The notes under the pieces were generated by a model. The model ran no database searches. It saw only the letters and a list, made by a program, of their open reading frames with translations, and had not been told where the DNA came from. A stretch of DNA of 64,000 nt. Source: Kiritimatiellia bacterium. GTDB taxonomy: Bacteria > Verrucomicrobiota > Kiritimatiellia > RFP12 > JAAYLN01. The position numbers and the translations under genes were made by a program. Positions 52,884 through 64,000 of this stretch are shown here, piece after piece (the first letter of the stretch is position 1; every line of letters starts with the position of its first letter). The stretch covers positions 28,005-92,004 of the forward strand of contig JAZQOA010000072.1 of the NCBI GenBank assembly GCA_045627605.1, given 5' to 3'.

Positions 52884-55800
52884 TCAAAGGGCGATTTCCT
52901 TGACGGGGGCGTCCGCGAAATCAAGGGTGAGGTCGCGGACGCCGCCGCCCCGGGCAATGGTGAAGGTACACTTGCCGTAGCCCTGGACGGTGGCGGAACT
53001 GTCCGCGAGGGCGAGGACTTCGGCTTCCTCCGAATGGGGCCAGACGGCCGTGCCGCCGCGGACGGCGGCTTTGACGAGGGTGCCGAACGGGAAGGCGACG
53101 TCGTATGTGCGCTCGCCGGCGCGGAGCGTCGCGTGGCGGAGGGGGACGGGGTCGCGGTACCAGTCGGTGGCAAGGAAATAGACGTGCGACGAACCGTCGT
53201 CCTGCGCGTAGACGGCGAATTCGACATCGTCGCCGCAGGCGCACCAGACGGGTTCCCGCTCCGTTTCGCCTTTCAGAAGGGCGCGCAGTTGTTCCTCGTA
53301 GAGGTCGCGCAGCGCGGGGGCGGCGGGATAGGAGAGGGCGTTGACGAGGATGACTTCCCCTTTGCCACAGGCGTAGCGGCAGACGAGGGGGAGTCCGTCG
53401 TCCGTGACGGCGAGGATGGCCTGGGGCGTCTGGATGTTTTCGCAGACGGCGACGGGATGTCCCTTGACCGTGGATTGCCTTAGGCGCGGCGCGCCGCAGG
53501 CGAAGCCGAGGGGATGCCCGATTTCGGCGAGGCGACCTGCGGCAATGTCGGCATACGAAGTCGTATTGGCGAGGTGCGCCCGCGTGAGCAGCAGCTTGCC
53601 TCCGCCACGCACCGCTTCGAGCAATCGGTCGAGATCCGCGGCCTCGGCGCAGTTGTAGCCCACGAAGGCGAGGGCTCCGTAGCCGCGGAGTTGTCCGGCC
53701 CCCGCCTCGACCGGGATGACGTCGATGCCGCCGTGCGGAGTTCCCGTGAAGAAGCCGACTTCGTAGTCGTCGGGGCAGTAGTGGCAGTAGGCGGGCTTGC
53801 CGGGCGTGGCGAGAGGATAGAAGACCTTGAGCAGGCCCCAGCTTTTTTCGGCGTCGGTGGACTCGACTTCCTGAATGCCCCAGGGATGGCGCAGGCCGAA
53901 GCCATGCCAACCGTCGAAGCGCCCGTGGAGAAGGGCGAGGGGCGTGCGGAAGGTGCCTGGCCGCGAGTGCGTCCGCACATAGCGGAAAAAGTCCTGCTGC
54001 TGGCGCAGGTGGTTTTGGCAGGTTTCGCCGAAGCGGTTGAATCCGGCGTAGTACTCCTCGATGTGCCAGAGGCCCTCTTCGGTGTTGATTTCGCAAGCGC
54101 CCTGGATGTAGGCGGAGTAAAGGGCGAGGCGGTAGCGGCGGACATGCTCGGGGACGTCGTAGGGCGACGAAGACCACTGCATGGCGTGGTGGACGCCCGG
54201 CCGCGCAACTCCGCCGAAGCGCGCCGCACCGCGCAGGAAGGCCATGTAGAGTTCGATGGCCCCATACATCGACTCGTAGCCGACCCACTTGTAACCAGCC
54301 TCGAAGAAATACTTGAACATCACCGTCGGGCCGGTGTGGCGGGTGGCGGCGTCTTTGCGGATTTCGGCGAGATGGGCGATTTGGCGGTCGTGGGCGAGCC
54401 GTGTGTCGGGAGGCGTGACGGGATGGCGGTGCCAGTACATCTCGCCGTCTATCTGGAAGTAGTTCTCGTGGCAGTACTGCGGGTTGACGTGGGGGGCGTC
54501 CTCGTCGTAGACGCGTTGTTGCATCTCCCACAGCTGCTGGAGGAATTTCGAGCGGTTGCTTGCGCGCACGCCCCAGTAGAAGCAGGCGCCGTCGCGTTCG
54601 TGCGTTTGGCCGCCGCGGAACCCCGGGCCGGAGAGAAGCGCGGCATCGGGGTTGGTGTTCTGTCCGGGAAGTTCGCGGCCGTCCCACATGTGCACGTATT
54701 CCATGCCGAGCTCGTTCAGGACGCGGGCGAAGTCGCGCCAGGACTCCGCGTCGAGCTGCCGCGAGCCGCTCCAGCGGTAGGTGGGGCGCGCCGTGACGAG
54801 ATCGCCGACTTCATTTTCGAGATACCACTTCAGATATTCGCGGAAACTGTCGGGGTCCTGGTGGACGTAGACCATGTCGCCCGTCCCGGTGGCGACGCCG
54901 TCATTTGCGCGGAAGACGATCCGTTCGATTTCGCCAACGGTCTTTTTGCCTCCGCAGTCCACCTCGAAGGGAATGTGGGCGCCGGGTTCGCCACAGGCGA
55001 GCCGAACGCCGTGCAGTCCCGCCTTTTCGAAATGGAAAACCCCGCCCGTGAGGCGCGGGTCGGGCGACGAGACAGTCACGTCGACGACGTCTTCCTCCGT
55101 TTCGAAGAGCAGGCGCGCCATTCCGCCCGCGGGGGCGATTTTGGCGGCCGCGACAAGGACGGCGCAGCCGGCCGGTTCGGAGACGAGCCCAACTTCGTGG
55201 AGCGCGTAGGGCAGGGCGTCGTGGTAGTCCGAGACGAGGCGGACTTTCAGTTCGTTGTCCGCGAGGAGCGCGCCGGCGGGGAGCGGCAGCTCCCATTCCG
55301 AATTGGTGTGGCAGCGTTCGAAGACTTCGCCTTCGAAGACAACCGCGCCGTTAAGCTCGACGTGGAACCGGGGCCATTCCTTCCGGCTGAGATACTGCGC
55401 CGTCCAGTCGAACTGCTGCTTGTCGGGGACTGGCACGGAGAAGTCGGGAAGCAGGTTCCAGCCCAGCGCCGTCTCAAGCGAAGGCTTCTCCACGAAGACA
55501 TCGCCGGAATAACGCGCCCCCTCGACGAGGACTGCGATGTGTGCGACATCGTTGGCCGGCACCTTGCACGCCTTCGACAGCTCGATCCATTTTCCGCCCG
55601 TGTTTTGGGCGAGGTCGATGGCGAAGACGAGATCCGGCGGAAGCGCGACGGAGTCTGGATTGACGCCGTCCTTGCGCAGGCGGACCTCGAATAGCATCCG
55701 CAGGAATCCCCCGGGTTCGAGGGCGAGGTTCTCGGAGCGGAGTCGGATTCCAAGGCGGAGGTCGTCCGTCGGCGGCGACCACAGATAGGAGAGGGACGGG

Positions 55801-56105
55801 GGCCAGGCGACCTTGCGGTAGGCGCGGCGCGTGTATTCGGCGGGCGTTTTCGATGAGAAGTCGAGGCAGTACTGCGATTTCCCGGCGTGGGTGGTGTCGA
55901 GCGCGTCCGTCACCGTGTGGTACTGCCACTGGAAGTCGGGTTCGTTTTTCCAGAACTTGGAGATCGCGGACTCCCCGGCGAAGAACAGGCGGTATTTTCG
56001 GTTCGCCTCCGGTGCCGCATTGAAGGCAAACGAAGCGGCTTCACCGCCCGCGCGGAGAAGCGCCCCTTCCTTCATGTCGTTGTAGATGCGTTGGAATTTT
56101 GTCAT
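52884..56105 (-). CDS. large cytoplasmic hypothetical protein (1073 aa)
   Basis: Long uninterrupted ORF with coding-like composition. ATG at 56105 is preferred over the TTG at 56153. No signal peptide and no motif I can assign. Confidence 0.6.
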   Translation of the reverse strand: MTKFQRIYNDMKEGALLRAGGEAASFAFNAAPEANRKYRLFFAGESAISKFWKNEPDFQWQYHTVTDALDTTHAGKSQYCLDFSSKTPAEYTRRAYRKVAWPPSLSYLWSPPTDDLRLGIRLRSENLALEPGGFLRMLFEVRLRKDGVNPDSVALPPDLVFAIDLAQNTGGKWIELSKACKVPANDVAHIAVLVEGARYSGDVFVEKPSLETALGWNLLPDFSVPVPDKQQFDWTAQYLSRKEWPRFHVELNGAVVFEGEVFERCHTNSEWELPLPAGALLADNELKVRLVSDYHDALPYALHEVGLVSEPAGCAVLVAAAKIAPAGGMARLLFETEEDVVDVTVSSPDPRLTGGVFHFEKAGLHGVRLACGEPGAHIPFEVDCGGKKTVGEIERIVFRANDGVATGTGDMVYVHQDPDSFREYLKWYLENEVGDLVTARPTYRWSGSRQLDAESWRDFARVLNELGMEYVHMWDGRELPGQNTNPDAALLSGPGFRGGQTHERDGACFYWGVRASNRSKFLQQLWEMQQRVYDEDAPHVNPQYCHENYFQIDGEMYWHRHPVTPPDTRLAHDRQIAHLAEIRKDAATRHTGPTVMFKYFFEAGYKWVGYESMYGAIELYMAFLRGAARFGGVARPGVHHAMQWSSSPYDVPEHVRRYRLALYSAYIQGACEINTEEGLWHIEEYYAGFNRFGETCQNHLRQQQDFFRYVRTHSRPGTFRTPLALLHGRFDGWHGFGLRHPWGIQEVESTDAEKSWGLLKVFYPLATPGKPAYCHYCPDDYEVGFFTGTPHGGIDVIPVEAGAGQLRGYGALAFVGYNCAEAADLDRLLEAVRGGGKLLLTRAHLANTTSYADIAAGRLAEIGHPLGFACGAPRLRQSTVKGHPVAVCENIQTPQAILAVTDDGLPLVCRYACGKGEVILVNALSYPAAPALRDLYEEQLRALLKGETEREPVWCACGDDVEFAVYAQDDGSSHVYFLATDWYRDPVPLRHATLRAGERTYDVAFPFGTLVKAAVRGGTAVWPHSEEAEVLALADSSATVQGYGKCTFTIARGGGVRDLTLDFADAPVKEIAL

Positions 56106-56288
56106 GTTGGCTGCCTTTTTCAAAATCCTACCATCGGGAACCGGGAATGTCAATCCAAAAAGAGCGCTGGAGAGGGAGGGGTTCTTGAAATTTTCCCTTG
56201 CGGGAAAAATGAATAAACACTAAAATAGTAGCAATGCTTTTCACTTGCCGGGGGGACCGGCTTTCACGCATTCAGGAGTAACACCAAC

Positions 56289-59906
<3,618 letters not shown>

Positions 59907-59930
59907 GTCCCTGGTGGCTTCTAGCAAAAA

Positions 59931-59962
59931 GGCGCGACGGCGAAAGCCGCCGCGCCTTTTTT
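59931..59962 (+). terminator. rho-independent terminator of nifJ
   Basis: GGCGCGACGGC-gaaa-GCCGCCGCGCC followed by TTTTTT. Confidence 0.85.
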
Positions 59963-59976
59963 AATTGCCGTAGCGA

Positions 59977-60005
59977 TTGCGAGCAGGCGTTAAAAATGAT
60001 ATACT
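59977..60005 (+). promoter_or_regulatory. candidate sigma70-like promoter of the second ATPase gene (TTGCGA-N17-TATACT)
   Basis: TTGCGA at 59977-59982, 17-nt spacer, TATACT at 60000-60005, about 40 nt upstream of the ATG at 60046. Confidence 0.35.
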
Positions 60006-60045
60006 ATACGGCAAAGTTGGTTAACAAAAAGAGTGAGTTTGCCGC

Positions 60046-61383
60046 ATGAAGGTTGTCAGAGAACGATATTTGAAGCAATTGCGCGAACGGATGCATAACG
60101 GTTTGGTGAAAATCATCACAGGCATTCGACGTTGCGGGAAGTCTTATCTTCTTGGGGTTCTTTTCAAGGAGTATCTTGAGTCCATCGGCGTCGATCAGGC
60201 GCACATCATCGAGGTTGCTCTTGACAAAGATGAATTTCGCGGAATTCGCGACGCGATTCGACTGGGCGAGTACATTCGTACGCGGATTGTGGATGACGGC
60301 AAGTGGACGTATGTCTTCGTGGATGAGGTACAGCTAGCGAAAAAGGTCTTGCCGGACGGTGTGGACATCAGCCGTTATGCGCCTGAAGACCGAGATGAGG
60401 CTTATGTCACTTTTTACGATGTCCTCAACGGCATCAGACAAATGAAGAATGTGGACGTGTATGTCACGGGATCGAATTCAAAAACACTTTCCAAGGACAT
60501 CGACACCAATTTCGCAGACCGTGGCTATCAGATTCGCATGCACCCATTTTCCTTTTCGGAATACTGCCAGGCACTTCAGCCGGAAGACAAGGCAGAGGCG
60601 TTCAGCCGCTATCTGACTTGGGGAGGGATGCCGCTGGCCGTGGCGGAGACAACGGATGACGGTCGGGCTCGCTACCTGAAAGGATTGTTTTCGGAAGTGT
60701 ATTTGAAGGATATCAAATTGCGGTATGAACTGAGAAATGACTTTGTCCTTGGAAAATTGATTGATGTGCTTTCCAGTGCCACGGGGAGTTTGACGAATCC
60801 GCACAAGCTGCGGGACATGCTTGAGTCAACGTTGAAGATCAAGGCGGGTGATCATACGATTGTCAATTACATCGAGTACCTCATAGACGCATTCCTGTTT
60901 TCGGAATCCAAGCGCTGGGACGTAAAGGGAAAGTCGTATTTCGACTATCCGGTTAAGTATTATGCCGAAGACACGGGGCTGCGAAACGCCCGGCTTGAAT
61001 TCCGCGATGTGGAACCGTCGCATTCGATGGAGAATGTCATTTACAACGAACTGGTTCGCAGGGGGTGTTCGGTGGATGTCGGGGTCGTTCAGATTTCCGG
61101 CAGGGGTGAAAATGGGAAACAGTTCCTGCGGCAGCACGAGATTGATTTTGTGGTAAATCGGGCGCCAGGAAAGATCTACATTCAGTCTGCATGGCGACTG
61201 CCTTCGGAAGAAAAGCTCCAGCAGGAACTTTTGCCCCTGCGCCGTAGCGGCGATTTCTTCAAGAAGATCATCGTATCGGAAGGGTATGCGCGGCCGATGC
61301 AAGATGAATTCGGCATCGTACACATCGGCGTGATTCCGTTTTTGCTTGACGAGTGTTTTCTGGAAGATGCCCTTTTGAAATGA
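60046..61383 (+). CDS. AAA+ ATPase, COG1373/DUF4143 family (second copy)
   Basis: 445 aa. Walker A GIRRCGKSY, Walker B VFVDEVQ and a DUF4143-like C-terminal half. Lower GC than the flanks. Confidence 0.8.
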   Translation: MKVVRERYLKQLRERMHNGLVKIITGIRRCGKSYLLGVLFKEYLESIGVDQAHIIEVALDKDEFRGIRDAIRLGEYIRTRIVDDGKWTYVFVDEVQLAKKVLPDGVDISRYAPEDRDEAYVTFYDVLNGIRQMKNVDVYVTGSNSKTLSKDIDTNFADRGYQIRMHPFSFSEYCQALQPEDKAEAFSRYLTWGGMPLAVAETTDDGRARYLKGLFSEVYLKDIKLRYELRNDFVLGKLIDVLSSATGSLTNPHKLRDMLESTLKIKAGDHTIVNYIEYLIDAFLFSESKRWDVKGKSYFDYPVKYYAEDTGLRNARLEFRDVEPSHSMENVIYNELVRRGCSVDVGVVQISGRGENGKQFLRQHEIDFVVNRAPGKIYIQSAWRLPSEEKLQQELLPLRRSGDFFKKIIVSEGYARPMQDEFGIVHIGVIPFLLDECFLEDALLK

Positions 61384-61412
61384 GTTTTCGACAGCCTACT
61401 CATAGCAAATAG

Positions 61413-61466
61413 GAGGAAGGCTTCAAGGAGAACTACGCTCTCCTCAAGAAGCTCTCCGAGATGTAA
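61413..61466 (+). pseudogene. orphan duplicate of the nifJ 3' end
   Basis: 52/54 nt identical to 59853-59906, including the stop. Reads ...GFKENYALLKKLSEM*. Confidence 0.8.
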
Positions 61467-61489
61467 TCGGAAGACGCTTCAGGCGAAAC

Positions 61490-61523
61490 GGCGCGACGGC
61501 GAAAGCCGCCGCGCCGTTTTTTA
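61490..61523 (+). terminator. second copy of the nifJ terminator hairpin
   Basis: The 26-nt hairpin is identical to 59931-59956 and is followed by GTTTTTTA. Confidence 0.75.
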
Positions 61524-61683
61524 TCGAAAATCCGCTTGTTTTTGCGCTGACGGTGTGCTATGATATTTGCGCTTTGAAGTTGTGCTTTGCGCGGGAGCGT
61601 AAGGCGTCGCCGGATGTCTGGATATTCAGCGATGTAAAAACGGAAAAGTCTATTGCTGTTTGTCAAACGCCGCAAGGGGTGCT

Positions 61684-61947
61684 ATGCCAGTAATTGAAAG
61701 AACAGTCCGCCCGAGGAGAAACAGGGTGTCTGTCGAGGTGCCCCGCGAATTCAGTGCATATTCCTGCAGGGTGATAGTCATTCCGCTTCAAGAGGTTGTG
61801 CAAAGTCGTAGTCAGGATGCGGAATGGCGCGGTCAGATGCGAATTGGTTCCATGAAGGATGAAATCAGTCTGCCGGAGAATTTTGAACAGGAATTTAGTG
61901 GATTGGATGCTCAAGTTTCCGAGATGTTCGAGGGAGCGATGCCGTGA
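61684..61947 (+). CDS. type II antitoxin (DUF2281/VapB-like)
   Basis: 87 aa from the ATG at 61684 after AAGGGG. The C-terminal GSMKDEISLPENFEQEF resembles the DUF2281 antitoxin motif. Its stop overlaps the GTG start of the PIN gene (GTGA). Confidence 0.6.
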   Translation: MPVIERTVRPRRNRVSVEVPREFSAYSCRVIVIPLQEVVQSRSQDAEWRGQMRIGSMKDEISLPENFEQEFSGLDAQVSEMFEGAMP

Positions 61948-62318
61948 GATTCCTTCTCGACACGCAGATTGTCATTTGGGCGATGGTTGGAAGTCCGCGC
62001 CTCTCTCCTTGTGCGCGAGAGATTCTGGAGAATCCAGATAACGAGTTTTGCGTTAGTGCTGTGTCGGTCTGGGAAACGGCGATTAAACATTCCATCAAGC
62101 CAGAGGCGATACCAGTCACAGCGGAACAGATGGTTCGGTTCTGCCATGAGTCGGGTGTCGATGAACTTCGCATAGGATTTGATCATTCTCAACGCGCCGA
62201 TACTCTGCCAAGACATCACAATGATCCTTTTGATCGGATGCTGGTTGCGCAAGCGCAAGTGGAAGGTCTTTATTTGCTTTCGCATGATGGCAAATTGCCG
62301 CTTGCCGCCTTACGGTGA
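61944..62318 (+). CDS. vapC: PIN-domain toxin, VapC family
   Basis: 124 aa. N-terminal FLLDTQIVIW, SAVSVWE and HHNDPFDRMLVAQA motifs (PIN acidic residues). Confidence 0.8.
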   Translation: MRFLLDTQIVIWAMVGSPRLSPCAREILENPDNEFCVSAVSVWETAIKHSIKPEAIPVTAEQMVRFCHESGVDELRIGFDHSQRADTLPRHHNDPFDRMLVAQAQVEGLYLLSHDGKLPLAALR

Positions 62319-62413
62319 TTTCGTTGTTCATGTGTGATTGATCTTTGACATGCCGCCCGACGGTTGTTCGGGCGGGCCGTCGGCACCGCGCAAGCGGGAG
62401 ACTGGCATGACCT

Positions 62414-62433
62414 CCGGCCTCGGGTGAGGCCGG
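62414..62433. terminator. perfect 8-bp GC hairpin between vapC and pncC (weak terminator candidate, no U-run)
   Basis: CCGGCCTC-gggt-GAGGCCGG. Confidence 0.25.
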
Positions 62434-62517
62434 ACAGTCAAAACAACTTAGCGGGCATATGGGCAGGGAGACTCGTTACAGGATCAAGGACAACTACGTC
62501 CGTTTGTTTCCCCAAGC

Positions 62518-63000
62518 CTATATGGCTTCTGCCGCTGCCAGCAGCAGGTTGAGCGCTTTTTCGACGGTCGCCTCGCGGACGGCGCCGCGGTCGCCGGGAA
62601 AGAGGTTGCGCGTCACCTGGGTGCCGGTTGGGGAGGCGACGGCGATGTAGACGAGCCCGACGGGCTTCGTCGGCGTACCGCCGTCCGGGCCGGCGATGCC
62701 GGTGACGGCGACGGCGCAGTCGGCGCCGAATTTCATTCGCGCCCCTTCGGCCATCTTTGCCGCGCATTCGGGGCTGACGGCGCCGACGGTGCGCAAGATT
62801 TCCTCCGGAACGCCGAGGAGGTCGCGCTTGACCTCGTTGGCGTAGGAAACGGCTCCGCCGGGGTAGCAGGCCGAAACGCCGGGCTCGGCGGTGATTGCAC
62901 CGCCAATGAGCCCGCCCGTGCATGATTCCGCCGTGGCGAAGGAAAGCCCCTTCGCGAGGCAGGTTTCCTTGAGTTTGCGAACCGTTTCAGCTGTTGTCAT
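62518..63000 (-). CDS. pncC: nicotinamide-nucleotide amidohydrolase (CinA C-terminal domain, PncC)
   Basis: 160 aa. ATAESCTGGL, VSYANEVK and VAVTGIAGPDGG motifs. Confidence 0.85.
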   Translation of the reverse strand: MTTAETVRKLKETCLAKGLSFATAESCTGGLIGGAITAEPGVSACYPGGAVSYANEVKRDLLGVPEEILRTVGAVSPECAAKMAEGARMKFGADCAVAVTGIAGPDGGTPTKPVGLVYIAVASPTGTQVTRNLFPGDRGAVREATVEKALNLLLAAAEAI

Positions 63001-63024
63001 TTTTGCCTCACCTTGACAAACGAA

Positions 63025-63054
63025 GGCCGGCGACCTGAAGGCAAGTCGCCGGCC
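63025..63054 (-). terminator. 10-bp GC hairpin 24 nt upstream of the pncC start (terminator or attenuator candidate)
   Basis: GGCCGGCGAC-N10-GTCGCCGGCC, followed on the minus strand by TTCGTTTGT. Confidence 0.3.
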
Positions 63055-63297
63055 CGTGAAGAGAAACCCCGCCCGGTCGTAATGCCGGAAGTCTACCTGT
63101 TCTTTTTAAATCCAGGTGGGAGACGTAGTCCGCAGGTCCGGTATGCCACGGAGGCGTGCCTTCTCTAACGGCGTTCTTTCTCCCCAAGCGAAATGTAGAA
63201 CGGAGATTTGAAGCGTGTCCGCGATGCGGGCAGGGCCAATTTCAGTACCACATTCCCTGCGGACGGACTGTGATCCGCCCGCGGGAGTCCAGTGAAC

Positions 63298-64000
63298 TCA
63301 GTTTGCCCGGACTTCGGCGCCGAGCGTGTTTTTCAGCACGGTCATGATCTTTTCGCATGCCGCGTTGACTTCGTCGTCGGTGAGCGTCCGTTCGGGCGAA
63401 CGGAATTCCAGCGAATACGCCAGGGAGCGCTTGGCGCCGTCCAGCGTTTTCGGTTTAAAGATATCAAAAAGCTTGATTCCCGTCAAGGTCTTGGGCCCGG
63501 CCTTGGTGATTGCCTTCACGATGTCGCCGTGCGCAAGCGTCTCGGGGACGACAAGCGCGATGTCGCGGATGACCGCCGGGAAGGCGGGCACGGGCTTGAG
63601 CGCGCGGTGCGTGCCGAAGTTCATCAGCAGCGGCGCCGTGGCGATTTCGGCGACGGCCATCGGCGTGTTGACGCGCCAGGAATGGCGAAGCGCCTGCTTC
63701 ACGAGGCCCATGCGGCCTGCGGTGCCCTTGCCGATCTTGATGGCGACGGACCAGCCCTTCTCGAAGGCGGCGAAGTCTTCGAGTTCGAAGCGGGGCGTCG
63801 GGGCGTGGAGCGTGGCGCAGAGGTTTTCGACGAGCCCCTTGAGCCAGAGCATCGCCTCCTCGTTGGAGACGGCGGCGCGGCGCTGGAGCGCACCGCGTCC
63901 GAAGGGACCGCAGAAGCCCATCGAGAGACGCTTCTCCTCGCCGAAGGCGTCGCCGTCGCGCCAGAAGACGCGGCCAATCTCGAAGAGCGCGGGCGCCTCG
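63298..64000 (-). CDS. pheT: phenylalanine--tRNA ligase beta subunit, C-terminal part (5' end outside window)
   Basis: The frame is open to the window edge. The B5-to-FDX-ACB C-terminal region FPAVIRDIALVV...FDIFKPK...KRSLAYSLEFRSPERTLTDDEVN is typical of PheT. Confidence 0.85.
   Translation of the reverse strand, partial: EAPALFEIGRVFWRDGDAFGEEKRLSMGFCGPFGRGALQRRAAVSNEEAMLWLKGLVENLCATLHAPTPRFELEDFAAFEKGWSVAIKIGKGTAGRMGLVKQALRHSWRVNTPMAVAEIATAPLLMNFGTHRALKPVPAFPAVIRDIALVVPETLAHGDIVKAITKAGPKTLTGIKLFDIFKPKTLDGAKRSLAYSLEFRSPERTLTDDEVNAACEKIMTVLKNTLGAEVRAN

Noticed and set aside
63001-63297. SRP RNA, RNase P RNA, tmRNA or 6S RNA in the pheT-pncC spacer
   Set aside because: I could not find the hallmark motifs on either strand. 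These include GGAAGCAGC of the SRP helix 8 region, GAGGAAAGUCCGG of RNase P, and a tRNA-like 3' end of tmRNA. The region is kept only as an unclassified structured region.

Overview
GC-rich, densely coding bacterial chromosome segment. The organism is probably an anaerobic glycan degrader: PFOR, HydG-like and HemW radical-SAM enzymes, many glycoside hydrolases and SGNH esterases, large secreted proteins and a GspG-like pseudopilin-domain protein. These fit a PVC-group organism (Lentisphaerota, Kiritimatiellota or Verrucomicrobiota), which is inference only. I saw no rRNA, tRNA, CRISPR array, transposase or integrase.

Gene content, left to right:
- Sugar cluster: iolB, an FGGY xylulokinase-like kinase and a FucI/AraA-family isomerase.
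- Three hybrid sensor kinases and one Hpt protein.
- Two COG1373/DUF4143 AAA ATPases in AT-richer islets.
- A minus-strand operon: GH4, DUF218::uridine-kinase fusion, AAC(3)-family enzyme, NifX-like protein.
- A 1328-aa SNF2 helicase.
- A secreted-protein and glycoside-hydrolase region (GH78, GH20-like, GH-D-like, beta-helix protein, galM).
- hydG-like, nifJ, vapBC, pncC and the 3' end of pheT.

Main hunt results:
1. A 0.5-kb AT-rich element (1256-1774) is bounded by perfect 23-nt terminal inverted repeats (TIRs). It carries a four-helix-bundle ('23S rRNA intervening-sequence protein', Avd-like) gene and sits exactly between iolB and the kinase gene.
2. Two ORF-less derivatives of that element, with the same termini and internal grammar, lie in frame and in the same phase inside the kinase gene (2322-2474 and 2841-2981).
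3. Four tandem 140-bp units (23016-23585), each with an 18/20-bp stem built of heptads, together with a heptamer array and a gene fragment fill a convergent intergenic gap.
4. One architecture recurs three times: an intact gene, then an accessory block, then a diverged fragment of the same gene (xylB-like, SNF2, nifJ).

Most long antisense ORFs in the supplied track are GC-driven shadow ORFs and are not called. The track also counts GTG and TTG as starts, so several starts were moved to internal ATGs that have a Shine-Dalgarno (SD) sequence.
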